The translations under genes and the position numbers were made by a program. The notes beneath the pieces are model-generated. The model saw only the letters and a list, made by a program, of their open reading frames with translations, made no database searches and was not told the DNA's origin. From Octopus vulgaris (Eukaryota): a stretch of 64,000 bases of DNA. Positions 1 to 14,843 of the stretch are shown here, piece after piece. Location of the stretch: contig OX597829.1 in NCBI GenBank assembly GCA_951406725.2, positions 31,434,001 through 31,498,000 on the forward strand. The letters are read 5' to 3'. Every line of letters begins with the position of its first letter. The stretch's first letter is position 1.

Positions 1-562
1 TATGTATCAATGTATGTAAGTATATATGAATATATATGTATATGTTAGTGTATATGTATGTGTGTCTCTTTATGTATCTATGTATGCATGTATGTATGTA
101 TATATGTAAGCATGCATGTATGTATACATGCATGTTTATATGTATACATGCATGTATGTATGTATGCATTTATGTATGTATGTATGTATGTATGTATGTA
201 TGTATGCATGCATGTATGTATGTATGTATGTATGTATCCATGTATACATGCATGCATGAATGCATGTATGTATGTATGCATGCTTGCATGCATGTATGTA
301 TGTATGACTGTATGTATGTATGTATGGATGTATATATGTATGTATGATTGTATGTATGCATGCATGCATGCATGTATGTATGCATGTATGTATGTATGTA
401 TGTATGTATGTATGTATGTATGTATGTATTTATGTATGTATATATCTGTGTATGTATGTATGTATGTATGTATGTCTGTATGTATGTATGTATGTATGTA
501 TGTATGTATGTATGTATGCATGTATGTATGTATGTATGTACGTATATATCTGTGTATGTATG

Positions 563-596
<34 letters not shown>

Positions 597-783
597 TTAT
601 GTATGTATGTATGTATGTATGTATGTATGTATGTATGTATGCATGCATGTATGTATGTATGTATGTATGTATGTATGTATGCATGTATGTATGTATGTAT
701 GTATGTACGTATATATCTGTGCATGTATGTATGTATGTATGTATGTATGTATGTATGTATGTATGTATGTATGTATGTATGTA
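1..783. repeat. (ATGT)n microsatellite with ATGC variants
   Basis: Direct inspection. Confidence 0.97.
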
Positions 784-1075
784 TTCCTTTCTCAATAGAA
801 AACTTTATTTGCGTCTTTCAAAAATAAAATTCCAAAAACCTACTCACTAACAAACAGGACAAGTCTTTCTAGTTTGACTCAAAATACTTTCTGGTTTCAT
901 TTGTGTATTTACGTATGGTGTGTATGTATGAGTATATATGCGCGCATGTAAACGCATTTATATATATATCCATATATATATATATATGTGTCTGTGTGCG
1001 TGTGTGTGAGTGTGTGTGTATGTGTACGTGCGTACGTATGAATCTACACAAACACCCAAGCACATGCGCGCGCAG

Positions 1076-1115
<40 letters not shown>

Positions 1116-1334
1116 ACAGGAAAGCGTGTAATTGCGTTTGTATGACTGTCTGAGTATGTATATGCATAAATGAGCGAAGGAAAGCATACAGCGGGTGTAT
1201 ATGCGTGTTGTTTCCACTCGAAATAGAAATATTTCAAATAATTTGCAAATCATATCTTAATTACATGTAAACATGTATATATGTGTGTCTGTCTGTCTTC
1301 CTGTCTGTCTATCTGTCTGTCTGTTTGTCCCTAC

Positions 1335-1530
1335 CACCATCGCTTGACAACCGATCATGGTGTGTTTACGTCCTCGTAAGGTAGCAGTTCAGCAGAAGAG
1401 ACCGATAAAATAAGTTCTGGGCTTACAAAGAATAAGTCCTGAAGTCGATTTGTTCGACTAAAGGCGGTGCTACAGCATGGCCGCAGTCAGATGACTGAAA
1501 CAAGTAAAAGGATTAAAGAATAAAAGAATA
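1335..1530 (+). mobile_element. SINE family A, 3' half
   Basis: cgcttgacaaccga...gcatggccgcagtca.atgactgaaacaagtaa is shared with 43860-44040, 58140-58285, 59265-59445 and 62222-62400 (minus). Confidence 0.85.
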
Positions 1531-1860
1531 TGTACGATTGCAAATATATATGCATGCTTGTATTTATGCATTTTCCATGCACGTATAAATATAAGAATAT
1601 TTGCATGTATGTAGGCATACACAGATTCATGTATGAATATATTCATGTTTGTAGGTAAGCAGATACAAAATCATATCCGTATAGATTTAAGTTATCTAGG
1701 AAACCAAGGCCTATGATGAAACTTTTCGTTAGCTAATAACGTGGATCAAACCGACTGTTTCATTTTATCATTTGCTAATTCTTTATAATTCACACACCTC
1801 TCCCACACAAACTGTAAATGTAAGTAGCTGTAATTACTTATTAATGTTGGAAATAAACAT

Positions 1861-2150
1861 AAGCCGGCGAGCTGGCAGAATCGTTAGCACGCCGGACAAA
1901 ATGTTCGACAGCATTTCGCCCGTCTTCTACGTTCTGAGTTCAAATTTCACTGACATCAACTTTGCTTTCATCGTTTGGGGTTAATAAAATAAGTACCAGT
2001 TGAGAACTGCGGTCGATATAATCGACTTATACACCTCACGAAATTGTTGGCCATGTGCCTAAATTTGAAACAAGGCGGCGAGCTGGCAGAATCTTTAGCA
2101 AGATGGGCAAAATGCTTAGCGGTATCTCGTCCGTCGTTACGTTCATGTCC
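1861..2150 (+). mobile_element. SINE family B (tRNA-like head), one copy plus a truncated second head
   Basis: ggcgagctggcagaatcgttagc...ttctgagttcaaat recurs at 6625-7085, 7320-7715 (minus), 37808-37995 and 47940-48347 (minus). Confidence 0.85.
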
Positions 2151-2276
2151 GACCAAATGATTTCAGTCTCCAGTGGACCACACACGCACACACATCTTTG
2201 GGCATGTATTTGGGCAAGGAGTGCTGCTCAAGAATTTGCTTTCCAAGTCACATGATATTATTAGCTTAATGCAAAC

Positions 2277-3655
2277 TTAGTCAACGGATGAACTTCGACA
2301 CTTAGTGGTTTCAAGATGTTGCCGCAGAGATATAATATAACAGTCAAGGGCAATCTGGATCGATGTCAAGCCCCTATCCCCTTGTTTCTGTTTTAGGTAG
2401 TGGCGGTCTACGTCGCTGTCGATGTGGAAATTATGTGTGCTGGTTAATATCTTCCGGGTTTTTACATCAATGGCTCGGATCTCATCAAGCATCCAATCAA
2501 ACAGCCCAAACGTTGATATGAGTACTAGCACTACAAACACATTGTGGGTCACTGTTTCATTAAATGCGGAGAGTCCTGAGGTCCATATTTTCTTGTTCGG
2601 CTCTAATATTCTTTACTGAAACATGTTTTGTTACAGGTGCTATTGTAAGATGTTTTCATCCACCCCTAGATACCTGTAACATTCCTCATCAGATATAGGG
2701 TACACAGTTAAGACATTAATTGAGATGTTGCTAGTCTGGTTTACAGTTTTCCTTCCAACCCTACATCCTTTGAGAATGTTGTAACCAGGTCAAGGCTCTT
2801 TTTCACTGTGTAACTTTGGTATTTCTAATTCCTTGTGAACCAGTGAGATGTCCTTCAGACTTCCTTAACATGAATGACAAGGGGTTTACAGAAAGTATAA
2901 ACTACATCACAGAGAGGCTGTCCCCTTGGAATATGCCACTGCGATACTGTATTCTATCAGTGATAATACAGTCACTCTTTATGCTTAATTTCAAGATGGC
3001 GGCCCACGATGAAGTCAGGTCAGCTACAGCTTTGACTATGCACACTAGAACTTTAAGTTGAAGGGCTTCTAGCATCCATAAGTGGAGGACAGGGTCAAAC
3101 GCTTTCTTGTAGTCCAGCCACGTTGAAACTAGGTTCCTTCTATGCCTCCGCATTTCTTACATTACAGTTTTGTTTATTAACAATTGCTCGGCACATTCCC
3201 AAACTCCCTTTTTACCAGCTGCTTGTTTAGCTGTGATGATGTTATTACTTTCACAAGAAGAGATATATGGATATATGATGTATATGTTTTGTACATTAAA
3301 CTTTGGCATGCAAAGGCCGGTAGTTTTTTTTGTTTTTTTTACATGTAGGTGGTTCTGCATTTGGGGATCAGTTTTGGCTTTGCCAAAGCTAAACAACCTG
3401 GTGTGATGCAATTCTCATTGAGATCTTGCTGGTACAGGTTGATAAAATATGGTCGGTAGAAGATTAGCTTCTTGTACCAGTATCCAACAATTAAGTATCT
3501 TCCAGGTGTTTTTCCGTCCTGAAATTTCTGGATGAGTCATAAGGGTATCGCCGTTAATACAGGAACAATTACTTCTTTGAATTTCCTCCAGCCACAGAGG
3601 ATTTTGGTTGAACTCCATCCCTTCGCTTCAAATTTTCCTCAAGAACGAGTCTATG
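2277..3655 (-). mobile_element. Degenerate non-LTR retrotransposon RT fragment (R4/Dong-like)
   Basis: Broken frames give EQLLINK, WLDYKKAFD.V.H, GIFQGDSLS and IDVKTRKILT...DVDR.YL, which are RT motifs of restriction-like-endonuclease LINEs. Confidence 0.85.
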
Positions 3656-3671
3656 ATTTCTCACGAAGGAG

Positions 3672-3752
<81 letters not shown>

Positions 3753-4688
3753 CGGGAGGAAGAGGAGGAAAAGATAATTGTGTAAATGGCCGATAGGTGA
3801 GGTCTGTGCACAATCTGCTAAGATCGTTTCGTAATTATGAGGTCCCAGTTTCGATACTGCATCGTGTTAACTTGGGCAATATAATTTATATAACTTGAGC
3901 GAACGGAAACTTTGTAGATGTCTCTCATGTGGATTGTATCAGTCAGTTAAAAGGTCCCTTCTTCTTACATAGTGTAAGACCCATTCTGCCAGAGATATTA
4001 TTAAGTGTACACGAGTACATGCATCTGCAGAATAGTCACCTGAATTCCATGCGATTAGCAATGCAGCTGATAGAACGACTGAATGTTCATGGTTCCTCTG
4101 TTGTTTATAGATTGAGGGGCCAGTCCGGAGTGGCATAATCCATGATGAACCGACGTAGTGTTTTACTTCATTCTATTGACCAAACATGTCTGTGGTCGCT
4201 CCATTTTAACGTTTTCGATGTTTAGTGAATGCTGTGCAGGTATTGTGTGTAATTCACATTACTTTTGTATTCTGTGTTTATGTGTATCAGTGTGAGTGGT
4301 ATATTTATATTGTTTAATGCGATGGTTGCTTGTATCTTGGCCACCGTTGCTGATAAGAAGAGCGATGATGGATTTAATATATGCTACTTCTAGTTCAAAC
4401 CAGCCTGCTACAAGGAATCACAACTAAATTTCCCTGGAATACGACTATAAAATTTCAAAAGTTGATTCCATGAATTTTTAGATGTAAGGGAATAGTTGTA
4501 TGTATGTGTGTGTATGTATGTGTGTGTGTGAATGTGCGTGTGTGTGTGTGCCTGTGTGTGTGTGTGTGTGTGTGTGTATACAAGTACAGACATACAAAGC
4601 TACCTATTTCTCACTCTTCCCTCTCTCTTTTTCTAATGTGTGTGTGCGTGTGTATGTGTGTGTGTATGTGTGTGTGTGAGTGTGTGTG

Positions 4689-4745
<57 letters not shown>

Positions 4746-4904
4746 AAATGATCCACAAGCACATGAGCAAACTGAGTCCTCAATTTGTTCTCTTTGCTAA
4801 AAGGTTTGCAATGTAGCACCAGCAGTCCTCAACGCACACCTTCGTGTCCATAGAACACCGCTTTACATTACTGGACCCTTATTTGTCGTTCACGACAGAA
4901 GAAC

Positions 4905-4940
<36 letters not shown>

Positions 4941-4942
<2 letters not shown>

Positions 4943-5505
4943 ACAAAATAAGATAACAAAGCCAAGGCTGTGAGGAGTTTTCAGGACATTTTTAAAGGAA
5001 AAGATATAGATATAGCCTCACAGCTGTTTCAGGGATATTATGGATATACCCTCATCAAAGACGATGTAAGATGGTTAAATAGAGGCAAATACTTGAGTTC
5101 GAAATAAGGAATTATTATGGAAGAGAATGAGGTAGGGAATATAGAGGGAAATAAGAGAATGAAAGTAGAAATAAAAATATAAAATATATAAAGATGTAAT
5201 TGCAGTTCCATTATTCGAAGAAAGTGGTGTATAAACTGCAACTACAGTATCTTCATATATTTTATATATTTTATTTCTACTTTCATTCTCTTTTTTCCCT
5301 CTATATTCCCTATGTCCTTCTTTTCCATAATAATTCCTTATTTCCAACTCAAATATTTCCCTCTATTTAACCATCTCACATCGTCTCTGATGAACGGATA
5401 TCCATAATATCCCAGAAACAGATGCAAGATTATATCCATATTTTTTTTCCATGTAAATGTCCTGAAAACTCCCCATAGACTTGGCTTTGTTATCTCATTT
5501 TGTCT
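4941..5505. mobile_element. Foldback element with ~270-bp inverted arms, each carrying a hammerhead-like motif, set between (TA)n tracts
   Basis: agacaaaataagataacaaagccaag... at 4941 is the reverse complement of ...cttggctttgttatctcattttgtct at 5505. The spacer is ~5208-5233. Confidence 0.85.
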
Positions 5506-5577
<72 letters not shown>

Positions 5578-5718
5578 TGCTAATACAAGACTCACATTAG
5601 ACACCTCACTTGTATTACTATCGAACCAAGAGTTTAACTACGGTCTGTCCATAGCACTTACTTAGCGTTACCGACCACTCTTTGGGTCTTCTAGATACCA
5701 ATATCTCATATACCCTCG

Positions 5719-5761
<43 letters not shown>

Positions 5762-5770
5762 TATATAAAT

Positions 5771-5892
<122 letters not shown>

Positions 5893-6624
5893 GCGCGTGT
5901 ATGAGTGTGTGATTTTGGGATATTATACACAACATGGAAAAAGGCGTCATTGTTGTTTAGCTCTCGTTTCAGTTCTTATTGCTCCGATTTAAGGTTGTAA
6001 CCAAAACTACCCACGACATTATTATTCGAACACAACGTATCCAGAACTACATTGTCCAAAATGACCGGACCAGTCTTCTGTTTTTCTCTTTTTTTTTTTT
6101 TATTATTATTTTACTTTTTACCGACTGGATAATTTAGATCGTGTAAGAGATGTACGGAACTCTTCGCCGTATTCTAATAATTTTAAACTTTACATTGATG
6201 CTGCTACATAAATCCAAAATGAAAATAAAAGTATGACCCCCAAAAAAAAACAAAACAAAACAGTAATTTAATACGAGTTGTCTACTCATGAATTTGTAAA
6301 AATTAAAAATTTATCTATTTATTTAAAATTTACTTATTTTTACCTCTGCTCTGATGTGGTCCCGCAAGCTCTTACGTACTTGCAATTTATAACCGGGGGG
6401 CTGGAAAGATTCCTTTCTCATGAGAAATGTCATTGTGACATAATAATTTTTGGTATTTAATACTACCTTTTTCTCTCTCCCTATCTTTCTCTCTCTCTTT
6501 TTCCCCTCTTTCTCTTCACGATTTGCGCGCGCGCATGTGTGTGTGTGCGTGCGGCCGTGCATGCATGTGGGGGGAAGGGGTGAAAATGATTATTGTTATT
6601 TTATTTACATCATTAATGTAGTGA

Positions 6625-7085
6625 ACCGGCGAAACTGTTTGTACGTCGGACAAAACGCTAACTGGCATTTCTTCCGAGTCTTTTGCATTCTAAGTTCAAA
6701 TTCAGCTGAGGTTAACTTTGCCTTTCATCCCTCCGGGAACGATACAATGAAGTACCAGTCAGGTACGAGGATCGATGTAATTTGACTTACCTCTTCCTCC
6801 CAAAATTACTGGCCTTGTGCCATAATTTAAAAAAAAAAATATTATTTACATTATGGCAACGAGCTAGCAGAATCGTTGGCTCGTCGGACAAAACGCTTAG
6901 CGGCATTTCTTCCGGCTCCTTATTTTCTGAGTACAAAGTCAGCCGAGGTCAACTTTGTCTTTCATCTTTTCGAGATCGATAATAGACAGTACTAGTCAAG
7001 TACTGCTGTCAATCTAATCCATTACCCAACACCGAACACCAAAAATAAAAATTAAAAGATTCTGGCCATGTACCAAAATTTTGAA
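6625..7085 (+). mobile_element. Two tandem diverged SINE family B copies
   Basis: Similarity to 1861-2070. Confidence 0.7.
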
Positions 7086-7319
7086 CAAACATTGTTTACA
7101 TCATTATGAAGAATTGAATTGACTGGCACCCTTCACCGCCAATGTCTTTATATATTAGCAATGAAATCCTCTTTCAACCTTATCAGTGCTAACCTCGGTC
7201 CTTTGATGAACCAATACACAATCCTGGGCATTAAAAATATGTTACAATCAGAAACGTGGTACTAATGAATCCCAAAATAAGGCAGCCAGTCTTTGGGTAA
7301 CGTCGAAGATATTTCAGTC

Positions 7320-7715
7320 AAACATCGGGGTCGATATACTCAACTGGTACTAATTTTATTGACTCTGGAAAGATGAAAAGTGAAGTCCGCACTGGCGGTA
7401 TTGGAACTCAGAGCATGGAGACATGCTAGGATTTACCAATCAAGCATTTAGTTTTCTGTTCCACCTACCAACGTAAATGTGAGAATAATAATGGTAATAA
7501 TCCTTTCAACACTAGGCACAAGGCCTGAAATTTTGGAGGGAGGAGGCTAGTGGATTGCATCTACCCCAGTGCCTGACCCGTACTTACGTTATTGACCCCG
7601 AAGGTAAAAAGCAAAGTTGACCTCTACGAGATTTGAACTCAAAACGTAAAGCGTCGAAAGAAATTCCGCTTGGCATTATGTCCGACATGCTAACGATTCT
7701 GCTAGGACTTGCCTT
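7320..7715 (-). mobile_element. SINE family B copies (diverged)
   Basis: Reverse complement of the family B body (atttgaactca, gctaacgattctgc). Confidence 0.7.
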
Positions 7716-7742
7716 AATAACAACAACAACAACAATAATAAT

Positions 7743-8275
7743 AAGGCAGTGGTTCTCATGGCTTCTGATCTTAACTGATTGGAAGTGTTATCATGTACAT
7801 TGTTTTGTCTTGGTATAAAAGATGGGCTACAGCAAATATTCTGCTCAATACCACAGATTTGCTTGTCACTTGTTTGACCTTGACCAGTGGAGCATGTCCT
7901 TTCGTGGCTGACCATATGTGCATCTCTGACCACGAGCAGAAGTAGCTGGGGAGCATCAGAGCCATGTTTTGAGAGGAATTCTTTGGGGCTTGAATAATTC
8001 ATCCCTGGAAACATATGTGTTTCATTCAATATCCTTAAATAACCCTTGTTCAAGGACCATTTGAAGAAATTTGTAACTGGGCCCCACCTGCAAGGTCATG
8101 CGCTGTTTATCTTGATATGAGCTCACCATGTCGTGTACATATGGTTGTGATGCATGTGCATAGTGCACCCCTATCAAACTGGTAGTCATGATGGGTATAC
8201 TGGGCTTCATATATTTTAATCCCAGTGTCACTTTGATGGCATGATCTGCTCTCACTCAATAATAATAATAGTAAT
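7743..8275 (+). mobile_element. Interspersed retroposon-like repeat ending in an (AAT)n tail
   Basis: Discrete complex block between (AAT/AAC)n tracts, ending ctctcactcaataataat. Family not identified. Confidence 0.5.
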
Positions 8276-8293
8276 GATAATACTAAAACTACT

Positions 8294-8333
<40 letters not shown>

Positions 8334-8619
8334 ATAATGATAATTTCTTTGATTGACCATAAGTAACCAATGCGTTGAGGACATTACATAGAAGAAATAC
8401 ATAGGGAAACAATATTGTTTTACTTCCATGTTGTCAAACATCAAAGAGGCTTTCCCTGTGTTCTTAGTGTGTGGAAGCATGTGTGTTTCTATATCTAAGA
8501 AAGAGAATATGGAAGCGTATTTCTGGTATTTCAGACGGGGAACGAGGTGGGAGAATCGGCGCAACTCGTGCATAATATGTCTGTCCATAGGGTGATGTCG
8601 CAATACATAGGAAAAAAGG

Positions 8620-11015
8620 AATGTAATGACTGCGTTTGTAGTGTAAATTGATTCTGGCTGGTTGCCAAATCTGTGACGACTGTACGGACTGATGGTGGCC
8701 GTAAAGGCGGCTCTCAACAACATGCGGTCAAAGCTGACCTAGGACTATACAACAACAATCATAGAACTGATGGATCTTCGATGCCCTGGAGTTACACACC
8801 AACAACTGACATATGACAGCTGGGTTAGAGTTGACCCAGGGCTATACAGTATTTACTTGTCTGTCATAGGACACCTTGTGCAGTGTTGTATAGAGATACA
8901 CAAGAAATATTTGTATACTATAGAACTGCTTGATCACACCTGACTTACTGATACATAAGAATAACTATCATATGACTGTAGAACTGAGGTTATGGTACAC
9001 CTGTATCCCGAAGGATTGCTGGATTGTAGTTTACCTGGTGCTATACAACATGATCATTTAATTACTGATGACCACCGAATACACAAGGCTTTCCCGGAAA
9101 TGTATTCAATTGGGTGAGCGGAAAAGTGGTCAACCACACTGGGGATGCTGCCCAAAGGCCCGCCCAGTTATTATACGTGTGATGGTAAAAACCACTTGAG
9201 GCTTTCTACAGAAAAAAAAAACGAAAATAAGAAAGAAAAATAGGCTGACAAGCAGGAGAAACATCATAAACAGCAGAGCCGAGAACTGAAGGCCATGTTG
9301 CAGCTGCTATCACTGCTGTTTCGGAGCACCACGAGTAAACAACTCCAAGGTCAACAAGAGCAGAACCCAAAGACAAATGAAATCTCCTCATTCGTCTGTT
9401 CCACCAGAAACAAGAAACACGAAATAAAGCACCGAAGAGAAAAGGGGTTCTTCATCCAGTACAAGGTTGGTCAGAAGCTACGAGGTTCCACTCCATAGTC
9501 TTGCAGAGATGGGGAGAAGATGAAGAGTGGAGAAAGGTGAGAAATCGTCGGAAAGGGTGAAAAAAAGTGAAAATATAGGGTAAAGAACCACCCTCTCATA
9601 GTAAAGGCATATAGGAGGTGTCTTATGACGACGTGCCCACTACTTAAGTGTCGAAACTTTACGGTAATCCAAAGGGACACCATTAACCTATGTAAACTAT
9701 TGGAAAATTTAAACTGGTGCAAAACAACTTTCTGCATTGACTGAGAAGGAAATTTGGTTAGGGGCAATACCAAAATACTCAAGAGAATAGATGTTTGTTG
9801 AAAACTATATCAATAGTCTATTGACAATTAAGGAAGCCCTATACAGATGGGGAAAATTTCACCGTTTGGATAAAACTTAAAATTTTCGCGGTTTAAGTCT
9901 TGGAGGACACAGCCTGCACAAAGTGATTGGTGTAGAATGATGGAGTTGCGAAGAGACCCAACCTTATGCAGAGAACAGCTTTTTATTCCTGTGTACTAAA
10001 TACAAACGAAAAGTTGAAAGTCTCTCATGAAAAGCCTTCCACTTTGATGTAGCTGAACGTCATGGTAATTCGGAGCAAACATATCCTGACTGATTTGATG
10101 ATGGAACCTACAAGACGGCAGAGCAAAGCTTACACTTGTAGTAGAGAAGGAAATAAGGGAACAAATACCGGGTACTCTTACAAGGGAAGTTATTGTTGAA
10201 GACGAACCTAATCTTTGCGGGGCTGTGTTTGTGTGCTACACCTGTTTTGCATTGCTGTGGTGTTTGTTTTGTTGTTCCTGGTGTAATTAAGAGCTTCGTC
10301 TGTTTGTATAGAGTATGTGCAAATAGTGTTGTGTTATTTTGTTGTGTAGCGTATGTTTCGTATGTGTTGTGTGTTTGGTGTTGTTTGCTATTTTGTTTGT
10401 TATAGTGTTTAAATGGTGACCGATTAGAGTTTATGATATGATGGGTGTGACACAGGGTGGTAATTGCGTAAATCCTGAATTGTGTAAGTTGTTAGTGATG
10501 TAGAGGAAGAGATATGATATCGAGTATCAATTATGTAAGAGTACGCCTTGTACTGTTTTATTCGGTGACAAGTGTAGTAAAAATGTACTGTGTGGGTTGT
10601 GCTGTATTACTGGATGCTTTCAGTATTATATGTTATGTGGATTGTGTCGTGGACTTTGGTGTTGTATGGTAGTAGTGTTGGGTATAAACTGTGTGGGTTG
10701 CTTATGTGTTATAATGTTGGGTGTTGTCCTTATAGAATGTGTGCTGTTTGGATTATTTTATGTGTTACAGTGTCAGGTAGTGATTAGGTAAAATATGACT
10801 CGCGTAAGTTATATTATGTATTATATTGTTAGATGCTGGGTGGGTAGAATTTGTGCAGCTTGGGGTGTGTTAACGTATTATAGTGATGAATAGTAAGTGT
10901 TGAATGGTGACTTTTTGCCGCGTTTTATTGCAAATATGAATAGTGTCAGTTGTGAGATGTGTGAGTTGTGTTACGTGTTATAACGTTGGGTTGTGAGTGA
11001 GTTGAATGTACATTT
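8620..11015 (+). mobile_element. Possible highly degenerate LTR retroelement remnant
   Basis: A purine-rich internal region is followed by gaagacgaacctaatctttgcggggc|TGT at ~10200-10226, resembling a gypsy-type PPT/LTR junction, then a GT-skewed block. No intact protein motif seen. Confidence 0.3.
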
Positions 11016-11933
11016 CATACATTGCCTTCAGGGTCGGATTAAGGCCAACTGAAACTTTCAACACAACCCATCAATGCTACCCCTTTGACCCTTCATTCAC
11101 TGTTAAGACATTAAGACGTTGCAGGTGCGGAACGTGAAACAATAGATTTAGAAATTCAGTTCTCTTCCAGTTCAGACCACAAAGCTTTATAAAACAGAAC
11201 CTGTTTTCTTCCTATGTTTTTTTCCTTTGTGTTTTCTTCTTTTTACGATTATTAAGTCACTGTAAGTTATATTGACCAATTATTTATAAGTAGTGGAACA
11301 GGAAAAATGCAAATTTCCAATATATTTTTGTATGGTACTGATTCAGGCGTAGTATGGTAAAATGGGATATAAAAGCAAAAAAGGTGTTTGTTGTATCCCT
11401 GGCACATGGCACCCTAAGCACTAGTTCATTTTGATAAATTGTTAACAAGGACCGGCTGAATTTATATCGTTATTTTAGAATAATTGTATTAACGCAATCA
11501 TTGAATACAGTAGGAATGCATACGCACATATCATATGGTGTAATAAATATATCTATCTGTCTATCTGTCTGTCTGTATGTATGCCCGTCTATCTATCCCT
11601 ATGTGTGATTACGTGTGTGACCATACACACACACACACACAAGCACACAAGCACACTCACATACACAGACACAAGTGAGTCTACAAAAGAAAGTAGAACT
11701 CAATACATTTGGTTGGAGGTATATACGCACATATGCATGTGTGTATGTGTGTGTGCATGTGTGTGTACATATTAATGTATATGTGTACATGTGTATTTAC
11801 ACACACACACACACACACACACATACATATATATATATACATGTATAGAAATATACACGCACCAACATATATGCTTGCGCGCGCGCACACGCTATGCAAG
11901 CACAGTGAATACCTTATAATAATAAGAAAAGAA

Positions 11934-11965
<32 letters not shown>

Positions 11966-12181
11966 GGGAGAGGTGGTGAGAGGGGATTTCGTAACTGCCT
12001 ACTCTGAGGAATGCAGAGTTACATAATCGGACTGTTACCTAACACTCCGTTGAACCCCTAGTGCAAAATTGATTGGTGAAATCGACCGTAATAGATATAT
12101 AATGCTGTACACTATATATAAATACACAAACACACACATGCATGTTGATATATAAGTTTATATATACATGTATGTATGTAC

Positions 12182-12236
<55 letters not shown>

Positions 12237-12327
12237 AACAGTATGTGTGTGTATGTGTTATATACATATATACACATACATATATATGTGTGTGTGTGTG
12301 TACGTATGTGTGTAAACACATGTGTGT

Positions 12328-12409
<82 letters not shown>

Positions 12410-12678
12410 TTGGTCGTGCGTCTAATATAAAAACTTGACAAAGTGTCGTCAATTTCGTTCAAATATTATAAAAAAAGAATTGAAAGGGAAAAAAAAAACT
12501 ACAACGGATGACTCATGAAATATTTTGACGGGTTGAGTCTCTGCTTCGTCTTGTCATTCTACTTTAGCTTGTCAACACAACGGATTTGCTATTAATAAGA
12601 CCTGGCTGTATTTGCTTGATGCATTCCTTCATAAAATTCTGTGTGAACGAGTGTGAGTGTGTATGTACGTGTATGCGT

Positions 12679-12740
<62 letters not shown>

Positions 12741-12825
12741 GTGTGCGTGCGTGTTTACAAAGATTGATACACACATACACAGACACACATACTTTCTCTC
12801 TCTCTCACTGTTTGCATGCATGTAA

Positions 12826-13100
<275 letters not shown>

Positions 13101-13305
13101 GGAGAGGAAGAGTGAGTGAAAGAGTGTGCAAGTAAATTTTTGTTTTAAGCTTATTACTTCGAAAGAGAGCTACATTTAAGTTTGCAGGTTTTCAAAAAAT
13201 ACAGCTAATCAACTTTATGCGTTAAATTTTCCAGCACTTTTTCCTTCCCGCGTTGTTTAATTCCAAGCATATTGCCACAAAATGATCTGCACATACGTAT
13301 GCGTA

Positions 13306-13368
<63 letters not shown>

Positions 13369-13458
13369 TGTGTTGTATATGTATGTAGGTATATATCTCT
13401 CTCTTTAACCCTCTCTCCCACTATATATATATATAAATACACACACACACACACACAC

Positions 13459-13493
<35 letters not shown>

Positions 13494-13506
13494 TGTATGT
13501 ATGTAT

Positions 13507-13554
<48 letters not shown>

Positions 13555-13599
13555 AACTTACTTGGAAAAAGATGCGTGGCGTTCAATCATATTATAATA

Positions 13600-13601
13600 T
13601 A

Positions 13602-13674
<73 letters not shown>

Positions 13675-14028
13675 TATGTACATACGTATATGTACATACT
13701 TACATCTATACATATAAATCAAGGATATAAATCTACTTAAAGGGATGCCAGCTTATATATCATCGACTTTTGAAGAGGTTGCAAGAAATAACGAACATTT
13801 TAGGGAATATAAATAAGTAAAGGTGTGGAAATCGAACCGGTGAGTGTGTTAAATAATAAGGTACTAAAACAGAATGACTCTCCCCAGACACAATAAAAAA
13901 GAATGTATATACATATATATACATATATGTTTATTTATATATTTATTCATATGCATATGCATATACACATATACATATGCCTATAAGTATATATGTATAT
14001 ATGTATATATGCACACATATATATATAT

Positions 14029-14089
<61 letters not shown>

Positions 14090-14273
14090 CACACACAGAC
14101 ACACAGACACACACATATACATTTATTCTCCCTATATACATATATATATATGTGTGTGTGTGTATGTATGTATGTATATACATATAAAATTCAAAGGCCC
14201 AGCCCTATATCATATGTAGCTTTGATTCGACCTGGTGTTAAGTCCTATACGTATATGTGTGTGTGTGTGTACA

Positions 14274-14352
<79 letters not shown>

Positions 14353-14522
14353 GTACATGTACATATATATACATATACATATATATACATATACACACAC
14401 ACACAGGGGAACAGAGAGAGAGATAGAGAAACAGACACACACATTTATATAGATAGATAGATACGAATGTATGTATAAGCATTAATTAACATATGTGTTA
14501 TCCGTATAGATGTACGTGTGTT

Positions 14523-14582
<60 letters not shown>

Positions 14583-14620
14583 GGTTTGTGCGTATGTATG
14601 TATGTATATACATATACAGA

Positions 14621-14691
<71 letters not shown>

Positions 14692-14712
14692 ATATATATA
14701 TATATATATATA
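13600..14712. repeat. Cluster of (AT)n, (AC)n and (ATCT)n microsatellites at the intron start
   Basis: Direct inspection. Confidence 0.9.
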
Positions 14713-14834
14713 TTCTCTTTCATGTCTATATGTATGTATGAGTATATTCTCTCAACAGTGTAAAAGTATAAAAATGCTTAATGAGAAACTTAGTTTAATT
14801 ACGTTCAATCATTAAAAAATATAATATAAGACTA

Positions 14835-14843
14835 ACTTACCTG
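14835..14843 (-). promoter_or_regulatory. 5' splice donor ending the giant exon
   Basis: Perfect consensus CAG|GTAAGT. The ORF closes 10 codons later in AT-rich, microsatellite sequence. Confidence 0.85.

Noticed and set aside
3900-4400. Possible LINE 3' remnant on the minus strand
   Set aside because: Only a WNS word and vague similarity; too degenerate to call.
12592-12640. Possible short terminal exon (cacacAG|AATTTTATGAAGG..., EFYEGMHQANTARSY*) in phase with the giant exon
   Set aside because: There is no real pyrimidine tract, it borders a (CA)n repeat, and nothing else supports it.
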